A stretch of DNA of 34,218 nt from Deltaproteobacteria bacterium (GTDB lineage Bacteria; Myxococcota; JACRCW01), in contig JACRCW010000122.1 in NCBI GenBank assembly GCA_016218805.1, forward strand, positions 1-34,218. Reading direction: 5' to 3'. The first letter of the stretch is position 1. Every line of letters begins with the position of its first letter. Positions 27,274 to 34,218 of this stretch are shown here, piece after piece. The notes beneath the pieces were generated by a model, which had not been told where the DNA came from, made no database searches, and saw nothing but the letters and a program-made list of their open reading frames with translations. Made by a program: the position numbers and the translations under genes.

Positions 27274-29304
27274 TCACGCCGCGGCATTGACGCCCAGCGC
27301 CTCCTCCACCAGCCCGCCCACGTCCAGCACCAGCACCGTGGAGCGCTCACCCAGGTCCGTGGCACCGGCAATGCCGCGCAGCCCCTTGAGCAACCGCCCC
27401 ATGGGCTTGATGACAATGTCCTGCCGCCCCACCAGCTCATCCACCACAATGCCCACGCGGTTGAGCCCCACGCCCACCAGGATCACGTACCCGTTGGCCA
27501 CGTCCGTCCCCGGGTAGCCAAACACGTCCCCCAGCCGCAGCAGCGGCACGGTGCCCTTGCGGGTCTGGAACACCTCGCGCGCCTCCACGGTGCGCAGCAG
27601 CTGTCCGTCATACGCCAGGATCTCGCTCACGCCGCCCAGCGGCATGGCCAGCGTGCGGCCGCGCACCCGGACAATCAGGCTCTGAATGATGGCCAGCGTG
27701 ATGGGCACCGTCAGTGAAAACCGCGTGCCGCGCCCGGCCACACTGTCAATCTCAATCATGCCGGACAGCCGCGCGATGTTGGTCTTCACGACGTCCATGC
27801 CCACGCCGCGGCCGGAGACGTCCGTGGCCTCGCGGCGGGTGGAGAAGCCAGGGAGGAAGATGAGGTTCCACAGCTCGCGGCCGGTCAGCGTGCCCACGCG
27901 CTCTTCCGTGACCAGCAGCTTCTCCAGCGCGGCCTTGCGGATGGCCACCTCATCCAGGCCGGCGCCGTCATCCTCCACGGAGATGAGCACGTGGTTGCCG
28001 CGCGGCTGCGCGCTGATGGTGACGCGGCCGGCGGCCGGCTTGCCCGCGCGCTGCCGGGCGTCCGCGGACTCCACGCCGTGGTCCACCGCGTTGCGCACCA
28101 GGGGCACCAGCGGGTCCACCAGCTGCTCCATCAGCAGCTTGTCCAGCTCCGTCTCCTCGCCGTGGACCACAAACTCCACTTCCTTGGCCAGCTCCCGCGC
28201 GGTCTTCTTCACAATGCGCTGCAGCCGTTCAAACGTCTGCGTCAGCGGCACCATCCGCACTTCCATGATGCCGCCCTGCAGCTCATCAATCTTGCGCTCC
28301 AGGGACCGGGCCAGCTTCTGCAGCTCAATGACCGGCTGGGTGTGTCCGCCGTCCACGCGCAGCAGGTCCGCAATGCGCCCCAGGCCGGTGCGCACCAGCG
28401 CAATCTCGCCCACCACGTTCATCAGGCGGTCCAGCTTCTCAATGTCCACACGCACGGTCTCCGTGCGCGGCGTGGCCGCCGAATGCGCCGGGACCAGCGT
28501 CTCCTCCTCCACCGCCGCGGGGCGCGCCGGGGCCGGCTCCGGGGCCTGCACCGAATTGCGCGGGCGCGTCCCGACGATGGACGCGGTGAACGCGGGGTCC
28601 AGCGCGCGCACCGCGTCTCCCAGCTCCGCCACCGCCACCTGGCCGGCAAACAGCAGGTCAAACGCGATGACGCCGGGCGCCTTCTCGCTGGAGGGGAGCG
28701 TGGTGATGATCTCGCCGCGGGACTTGAGCGCCTCCGTGAGCTTGCCCAGCCCCACGTCAAAGGCGTCCAGCGCCAACGGCGCGTGCACCAGGTAGATGGG
28801 CACGCCCTGGGCCACGTTGTCCGTGAGGCGGTGCTCCTCGTACTCGGTCAGGACGCTGAAGAACTCCGGGGCCAGGTCCAGGTCCTTGGGCGTGCGGGCC
28901 ACCACCGCCGCCGCCGGCTCCACCCCGGTCTTGATGGCGCCCACGCGGCGGCTGACCTCATTGACGCGGTCTTCCAGCCGGGCGGCCTCCTGCGGGTTGG
29001 CCTCCACCAGCTTCTGGAACAGCTCCACCGCCTCATCCAGCACGGACAGCACGCCGGTGGTGGGGGTGACCTTCCCCAGCCGCATGGCGTCCAGCGCGTC
29101 CTCCATGGCGTGCGCCAGGTGCCCCAGCGCGGGCAGGCCAATGAGCCCGCCAATGCCCTTGAGGCTGTGGGCCGCGCGGAAGACGTCATTGATGAGCGCG
29201 GGGGCCACGCGCCCGCCGCGCAGCCCGGTGTCCAGGGCGGACACGCCGTTGGCCAGCGCTTCCACCAGCTCGGCGGCCTCCGCGCGGAATTCCTTCTCCG
29301 TCAC
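27274..29304 (-). CDS. cheA: Chemotaxis histidine kinase CheA
   Basis: GTG 29304 with SD GGAGGTG, overlapping the cheY stop. HPT FRAAHSLKG, dimerisation TVRVDIEKLDRLMNVVGE, RNAVDHG, EDDGAG, IFLPGFST, SGRGVGMDVVK, and a C-terminal CheW-like P5. Confidence 0.96.
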   Translation of the reverse strand: MTEKEFRAEAAELVEALANGVSALDTGLRGGRVAPALINDVFRAAHSLKGIGGLIGLPALGHLAHAMEDALDAMRLGKVTPTTGVLSVLDEAVELFQKLVEANPQEAARLEDRVNEVSRRVGAIKTGVEPAAAVVARTPKDLDLAPEFFSVLTEYEEHRLTDNVAQGVPIYLVHAPLALDAFDVGLGKLTEALKSRGEIITTLPSSEKAPGVIAFDLLFAGQVAVAELGDAVRALDPAFTASIVGTRPRNSVQAPEPAPARPAAVEEETLVPAHSAATPRTETVRVDIEKLDRLMNVVGEIALVRTGLGRIADLLRVDGGHTQPVIELQKLARSLERKIDELQGGIMEVRMVPLTQTFERLQRIVKKTARELAKEVEFVVHGEETELDKLLMEQLVDPLVPLVRNAVDHGVESADARQRAGKPAAGRVTISAQPRGNHVLISVEDDGAGLDEVAIRKAALEKLLVTEERVGTLTGRELWNLIFLPGFSTRREATDVSGRGVGMDVVKTNIARLSGMIEIDSVAGRGTRFSLTVPITLAIIQSLIVRVRGRTLAMPLGGVSEILAYDGQLLRTVEAREVFQTRKGTVPLLRLGDVFGYPGTDVANGYVILVGVGLNRVGIVVDELVGRQDIVIKPMGRLLKGLRGIAGATDLGERSTVLVLDVGGLVEEALGVNAAA

Positions 29305-29711
29305 GGCGCACCTCCCGGGGCCGCGGCGGGCCACAACGGCGTCAGCGCCTCCCGCAGCGCGGCCAGCGTCACCGGCTTGGTCACGTACCCGGTGGCCCCC
29401 AGGGACAGCGCCTTCTGCCGGTCCCGCTCCGCGGCCTGGGTGCTCACCACCAGGATGGGGGCGTCCTTCTGCAGCGGGTGCTGGCGCACAAACCGGATGA
29501 GCTCCAGGCCGTGCACCTCCGGCATGTTGATGTCCGTGAGGATGAGGTCATACGGCCCGGAGGGGAGCGCCCGCAGCGCGGTGAGCCCGCTGTCCGCGGT
29601 GTCCACGCGGGCCTCGCGGCCGCGCTCGGCGGCCAGCTCCTCCACGGCGGACGTCAGCATCTGCCGCGTGGCGGCCGAGTCATCCACGACGAGGATCCTC
29701 AGCTCCGGCAT
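29301..29711 (-). CDS. cheY: Single-domain response regulator CheY
   Basis: ILVVDDS, ILTDINMPEVHGLE, VVST and YVTKP; all phosphorylation residues are present. It lies immediately upstream of cheA. Confidence 0.9.
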   Translation of the reverse strand: MPELRILVVDDSAATRQMLTSAVEELAAERGREARVDTADSGLTALRALPSGPYDLILTDINMPEVHGLELIRFVRQHPLQKDAPILVVSTQAAERDRQKALSLGATGYVTKPVTLAALREALTPLWPAAAPGGAP

Positions 29712-31309
29712 CAGACCGCTCCTCCCAGACGCCCCAGCAGCTGCTGCTCCAGGATGGCGCGCTCCATGGCCGCACCCGCCTGGGTGAGGAACAACTCCAG
29801 CACCTGCGTGTCACCCAGCTCGCGCCCGTCCGGCGCGTTGTCGCAGTACAACACGGCCTCCACCCGGTGCGAGCACAGGATGGGTGCGACCCACGCACGG
29901 GAGGGCAGCGGGCCGCCCAGGCGCTCGGACAGGTAGCGGTTCCATTCGGAGGCGAAGAACGGGTGCGCGCCGGGCCGCCCCTCCTTGAGGGCGGCGGCCA
30001 GCACGGTGTCCGCCTCCAGCGGGATGTGCGTGTCCCGCAGCGCCTTGCCGGGGTCCCGGTTGTTGGCGTCCAGGCCAAAGCCGCCCAGCCCCACAAAATC
30101 CCCCTCCGTGACCAGGAACAGCGCCGCGCGCGAGAACGTGGTGGACGCCACGCGCAGGATCATCAGCGGGATCTCGTCACGGCGCTCCGGGTCATTCACC
30201 GGGCCCACCATGTCCCGCAGCATCTCCAGTGCGCGCGCCAGCTCCGCCTGCGGGCCGGTCAGCGGCGCCACCGGGATGGGGGCAGCCTCACCCAGCTCCG
30301 CCATCAGCTCGCTGCCCAGGTCCACGCTGCCGGCGCGGTCCGACAACCCCGCGGCGGCCAGCACCGCGTCCACAAACGCCACGGTGTCCTGCGGCGTCAT
30401 GCGCTCCGGCGGCGGCTTGCGGACAAACAGTGACACGCCCAGTTCCCGCGCGCGGTCCACCGCGTCCGTGTTGTCCGCTTCCGACGTGAGGATCACGCGC
30501 GCCCCGGGCTCCTTCTCCTTGAGGCGGCGTACCAGGTCCAGCCCGCCCAGGATGCCGCGGCCATCCACGCGCGGCATCACCAGGTCCACCACCGCGGCCG
30601 TGCGGCCGGACCCGGTGCGGGCGGACACCCGTTCCCAGGCCTCCCGGGCGCTGCCGGCCTTCCCCACCTTCAGGCCGCGCTCCACAATCCGGCGGCACAC
30701 CGCCTCCAACAGCGCGGGATCGTCGTCCACCACCAGCAGGTCCTCCGTGGGCGCCTCCACGGCGGGCAGCCGCGTGCGGGTCCCCTTGCCGCGGGCGGGC
30801 GCGGGACGGGCCGCGCGCTCGTCCCGCGCGCGCGCCACCACGGCCTCCGCCTCAATCCCGCCGGCCACGGCCACCCCCTGGTCACCCAGGTAGCAGGGGA
30901 CCTCCGCCGCCTCCGCCGCCGCCTGGAACGAAAACGTGCCGCGGCCCACCGCCAGCAGGCGTTGCACCAGCTCGCGCAGCCGGTCCGTCAGGACGCGCGC
31001 GGCGTCCTCCGCCAGCTCCGGCGCCACCACCATGACGTCCCCAAAGCAGTCCGGGATGGGCTCCTTGCGGCGGGCTTCCGTGAGGCTGTCCAGCACGTCA
31101 TCCGTGAGCACGTCCGCGGCTTTCAGCACGTCCGCCACGGTGCGCGTGTCCGAATCCACGCGGGCCGCCACCAGGCGCCCCTCCCGCAGGGTCACGTGGC
31201 CCTGGTCCTCCTCGCCCTTGACGTGGAGCGCCCCGGAGCGGCCCGCTACGGCAAGCACCCTCAGCACCTCGTCCAGGTGGATGTCCTCCACCAGCCCGTC
31301 GAGCTTCAT
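29711..31309 (-). CDS. DUF4388 (PatA-N-like) + receiver + GAF-like domain protein
   Basis: MKLDGLVEDIHLDEVLRVL...RSGALHV...G.F.F (DUF4388-like; alternative GTG start 31318). Central REC LLVVDDD...VVDLVMP...GGLD...FVRKP. C-terminal RAALF...APIL...AVLYCDN GAF-like domain. Confidence 0.82.
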   Translation of the reverse strand: MKLDGLVEDIHLDEVLRVLAVAGRSGALHVKGEEDQGHVTLREGRLVAARVDSDTRTVADVLKAADVLTDDVLDSLTEARRKEPIPDCFGDVMVVAPELAEDAARVLTDRLRELVQRLLAVGRGTFSFQAAAEAAEVPCYLGDQGVAVAGGIEAEAVVARARDERAARPAPARGKGTRTRLPAVEAPTEDLLVVDDDPALLEAVCRRIVERGLKVGKAGSAREAWERVSARTGSGRTAAVVDLVMPRVDGRGILGGLDLVRRLKEKEPGARVILTSEADNTDAVDRARELGVSLFVRKPPPERMTPQDTVAFVDAVLAAAGLSDRAGSVDLGSELMAELGEAAPIPVAPLTGPQAELARALEMLRDMVGPVNDPERRDEIPLMILRVASTTFSRAALFLVTEGDFVGLGGFGLDANNRDPGKALRDTHIPLEADTVLAAALKEGRPGAHPFFASEWNRYLSERLGGPLPSRAWVAPILCSHRVEAVLYCDNAPDGRELGDTQVLELFLTQAGAAMERAILEQQLLGRLGGAV

Positions 31310-31345
31310 GGTCACCACGGTCCCGGTTGGGACGGACGGCGGACG

Positions 31346-33292
31346 CTAGCAGAGGTGCCCCAGCCGCTCCACCGCGACCTGCCCGCCGCGAGCGTCAATG
31401 GCCTGGCGGACGCTGCGCAGGAATGGGCCCGCCAGCAGCGGCTTGGTCAGCGTGTGCACGTCCTGGTCCCGCAGGCGGGACACGGCGTCCCCGTCCGTGT
31501 AGCCGGTCACCGCCAGCAGCGCCGCGCGCGGCGCGCGGCGGCGCACTTCCAGCAGCAGGGTGGGCCCATCCATGGTGGGCATCACAATGTCCGTGATGAC
31601 CAGGTCCACCTCCGGCCGCCGGGCCAGCAGGTCCAGCGCCTGCTGGCCATCCGGCGCGTCCAGCGCCACGTACCCCTGGTGCTCCAGCAGCCGGTGCAGC
31701 AGCTTGCGCACGGCGGCGTCATCCTCCACCACCAGCACCGTCTCGTTGCCGCGCACCAGCGTGCGCGTGACCTCGCGCGGCTGCGGTGCCTCCGCCGCCG
31801 CCTCGCGCAGCGGGAAGTCCACGTGGAAGCTGGTCCCCGCACCCGGCGCGGTCTCCACGTACACGGTGGCGTCATGCCGCTGGAGGATCCCGTACACCAC
31901 CGCCAGGCCCAGCCCGGAGCCGCGCTCCGGCGGCTTGGTGGTGAAGAAGGGTTCAAACAGGTGTTCGCGCACGCCGGGGTCCATGCCGGTGCCGGTGTCC
32001 GTCACACTGAGCCGCGCGTGGGCGCACAGATCCTCCGGGCCGGCCGGGTTGACGCGCGTGCGGAACGTCAGCGTCCCGCCGGCGGGCATGGCGTCACGCG
32101 CGTTGAGGGCCAGGTTGAGCAGCACCTGTTCCAACTGGCCCTGATCCGCCAGCAGCGGCAGCCGCTCCGCGCACACGTCCACGCGGATGGTCACCCGTTC
32201 CCCCAGCAGGCGGGACAACATGGGCTCCACGCCGGCCAGCAGTTCATTGAGGTCCAACGCGGCCGTCTGCAGCGGGTCCTTGCGCGAAAACGTCAGCAGC
32301 TGGCGCGTGAGCTGCGCGGCCCGGCGCCCCGCCTCCTCAACGTCCCGCACCATGTCCAGCAGCCGGGGCTCCGCGTGCAGGTCCGCCCGCAGCAGGCGGG
32401 CGTTGGTGTTGATCACCGTCAGCAGGTTGTTGAAGTCATGCGCCACCCCGCCGACCACCCGCCCCAGCGCGTCCATCTTCTGCGCCTGGCGCAACTGCTC
32501 GCCGGTGGCCAACTGATCGGTGATGTCCCAGCCAGCGCCCAGCGTTCCCACGCAGCGGACCGGCGTGCCCGGCGCCCCGCCGTCCCACACCCCGCTGGCC
32601 TGCAGGTCATAGAAACGGCGCCGCCCGTCCCGCGTGGCCAGCTCCACCGTACGCCGGGCCGCCGGGCACCCGCTGCTGCGCCGTTCGCGGAAGACCCAGC
32701 GCCCCTCCCCGTCCGGCTCCGCCAGGATGCGCTCCGCCGGCCCGCCCTCCAGTTCCTCCGCGTCATACCCCAGCAGCCGTGCACCCTCCCGGTTGATGCG
32801 CCGCACCCGGCCCTCCCCGTCCAGGAAGAACACCACGCCCGGCACGGTCTCAAACAGGGCTTCGTACTTGCGTTGCACGTGCGCGCGGGCCACCGCGGTG
32901 GCATGGCACTCCGCGGCGCGCTTCACCTTCTCCACCAGCACTCCCGGGTCCGCCGGCGTGACCACCACATCAAATGCGCCGGCGCGGTAAGCCTCCACCG
33001 CGGCGCCGGGCCGCGCGTCATCCGTGACCAGGATCCCCTGCAGGTGGGCCACCGCCCCGCGCGCCCACCGCAACAGGCTGAGCCCGGAGGGCTCGCCGGA
33101 CAGGGCGTCCACCACCACCACCACCCCCGGCCGCTGCTCCGTCAGGGCGCGGCGGGCCTGCGCGCCATCCCCGGCGGGAAACACCTGGAAACCCTGGGCC
33201 GCCACCGCATCCGCCCACCGGGCGGTCCTCGCGTCGCCAGCCACCAGAACGCAGTTGCGGGAATCGGACGGTCGCTCCGTGGTGGCGCTCAT
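31346..33292 (-). CDS. Cytoplasmic hybrid histidine kinase (pseudo-REC - PAS - HisKA - HATPase - REC), CckA-like core
   Basis: ATG 33292. PAS LFETVPGVVFFLD...N....LLGY..EEL. H-box GGVAHDFNNLL, N-box NLALNARDAM, DTGTGM, FEPFFTTK and GSGLGL. C-terminal REC VLVVEDD...ITDIVMPTMDG...TKP. No TM helices. Confidence 0.93.
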   Translation of the reverse strand: MSATTERPSDSRNCVLVAGDARTARWADAVAAQGFQVFPAGDGAQARRALTEQRPGVVVVVDALSGEPSGLSLLRWARGAVAHLQGILVTDDARPGAAVEAYRAGAFDVVVTPADPGVLVEKVKRAAECHATAVARAHVQRKYEALFETVPGVVFFLDGEGRVRRINREGARLLGYDAEELEGGPAERILAEPDGEGRWVFRERRSSGCPAARRTVELATRDGRRRFYDLQASGVWDGGAPGTPVRCVGTLGAGWDITDQLATGEQLRQAQKMDALGRVVGGVAHDFNNLLTVINTNARLLRADLHAEPRLLDMVRDVEEAGRRAAQLTRQLLTFSRKDPLQTAALDLNELLAGVEPMLSRLLGERVTIRVDVCAERLPLLADQGQLEQVLLNLALNARDAMPAGGTLTFRTRVNPAGPEDLCAHARLSVTDTGTGMDPGVREHLFEPFFTTKPPERGSGLGLAVVYGILQRHDATVYVETAPGAGTSFHVDFPLREAAAEAPQPREVTRTLVRGNETVLVVEDDAAVRKLLHRLLEHQGYVALDAPDGQQALDLLARRPEVDLVITDIVMPTMDGPTLLLEVRRRAPRAALLAVTGYTDGDAVSRLRDQDVHTLTKPLLAGPFLRSVRQAIDARGGQVAVERLGHLC

Positions 33293-33463
33293 CGGCCCCT
33301 CACCCCCTGCCCCCGCCCCGCTGGGCCGGAGGAGCCTATCCCATCCGTGCAGTCGGCAAGGCCCCGCGCGAGCGTTCAAGCTTCCCGCCACCGGCGAGCC
33401 TTTACCTGCGCCGGCAGCTTTCGCCGCCAGCCGGAAGGACGGCGTGCGCCCAAACGCGGGGGC

Positions 33464-33546
33464 GAATCAACAGGCCAATGCCTTGGCGACCCTGGTTTGC
33501 CTTCGGGCAGGCGCTTGGCGTGGAGGTGAGAGACCTGATTCCGCCA
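33464..33546 (+). pseudogene. Frameshifted remnant of an XRE-family helix-turn-helix gene (C-terminal part)
   Basis: One frame gives QANALATLVC (33471-33500). After a +1 shift the next gives FGQALGVEVRDLIPP (33502-33546). Together they resemble the XRE tail N.TL.TL..LA.ALGV...DL. Confidence 0.45.
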
Positions 33547-33600
33547 TCGCGGGCGCGCGGGGAGCCCAAGCAGCGGTCCCATGGATGGCATGTCTCGCGG

Positions 33601-33780
33601 CACCCTGACAAAGCGGCCTTCGGCGACGTCGGACCCGCGTTGCGTTCCGGCTGGTCGCCATGGAACGGAGGCCACAACCATGGGCGACTACACCCCGCGC
33701 CGCCGGGCCGCGCGAACAGGCTGACGCCGCAACCGCGCGCGCAGCGGCGCCGGGCAGGTGACCGCTTTCCGGTCAGGGTG
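33601..33780. repeat. ~180-nt imperfect long inverted repeat (possible structured RNA or MITE-like element)
   Basis: Nested complementary segments: 33601-09/33772-80, 33610-16/33762-68, 33619-25/33748-54, 33636-44/33728-37, 33647-51/33702-06, and apical stem 33653-63/33678-89. Confidence 0.55.
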
Positions 33781-34218
33781 TCCGGAAAACCGGCCTGCGG
33801 GGCGGCTTGCGTCATGTGTAATCAACCCTGTTCAGCTGGCGTGGATGTTGCCCCGGCGCTCCGCCGTGCCGGGCCACGTTTGTACCCGGGCGGGGGCGCG
33901 GCCGCGTCTCAAGGACGCCCGGTGGGTGGGAGCCAGAGCTGCCCCGGCCAGCCGATGAGGAGACCTGTGTTCGTCTAGATCGAAACTCGACGGGAGACGC
34001 GTGGGCACGCCGTGCAACGGAGTCCACGCGAGCGTGGTGCGCAGCCGGTCGGAAGTGTGACCGGTTGGAGTTGATGCAGAGGCCCACCACGTTGACCGGC
34101 GCATCACGCTGGAAAAGCCGGCCCCGGCGAGCGCAGCGGCAGTCCACGGTCAGAATACGCTGCGGACCAACTGGGTCCGTGGAGGGGAACCCCGTTCCCA
34201 AACAGCAAGAAAGGGAAA

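Noticed and set aside
19411..33529. Long plus-strand ORFs (19411-21141, 23204-25153, 27991-29787, 30962-33529 and others)
   Set aside because: All are antisense shadows of motif-supported minus-strand genes, with R/A/H/Q/G-rich non-domain composition.
33601..33780. 6S RNA (similar length, rod shape)
   Set aside because: No clear symmetric central bubble or recognisable 6S motifs, and it lacks the usual zapA/ygfA context. Kept only as an unclassified structure.
33952..34025. Hammerhead-ribozyme-like core (CCGATGA...stem II...GAAA-CTC...GAGTC)
   Set aside because: The core has C instead of the conserved U4, stem II is bulged, and stem I would have only one base pair. An Rfam scan would settle it.
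33478..34201. ORFs 33478-33978 (+), 33402-33815 (-) and 33812-34201 (-) as real genes
   Set aside because: No recognisable domains apart from the short HTH-like fragment, weak codon bias and no convincing RBS.

Overview
High-GC (roughly 70%+ by eye) bacterial chromosomal DNA, most likely from a Myxococcota/deltaproteobacterial genome. This is inferred from myxobacteria-typical protein families and a Che8/F10-type chemosensory cluster. From left to right it contains: a 16-nt tandem repeat at the window edge; an NrtR-type Nudix regulator; a GT-C-like membrane glycosyltransferase; a LEA_2 lipoprotein; an M23 peptidase; orphan proteins; a 1041-aa Ig-like/vWA surface lipoprotein; a tRNA-Ser(GCT)/tRNA-Arg(ACG) pair; an alpha/beta hydrolase; a secreted zincin; transaldolase; a TPR/double cNMP-binding protein; an unpaired ArsA/GET3-family ATPase; gluQ; an FmdB zinc-ribbon protein; a fibre-like secreted protein; and map. 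Next is a ~14.4-kb minus-strand operon: hybrid kinase, DUF4388-REC protein, cheY, cheA, two cheW, Zn-ribbon REC protein, HEAT protein, cheR, cheB and a membrane-anchored sulfatase-fold enzyme. It encodes no chemoreceptor. The last ~900 bp have no convincing CDS but hold a frameshifted XRE-HTH remnant, a ~180-nt rod-like inverted repeat and a dense hairpin/pseudoknot array. The best candidates for something undescribed are this terminal structured non-coding region and the receptor-less chemosensory operon with its two flanking genes. No CRISPR array, integrase or intact transposase is visible. All family calls come from motif recognition by eye; no database search was run.
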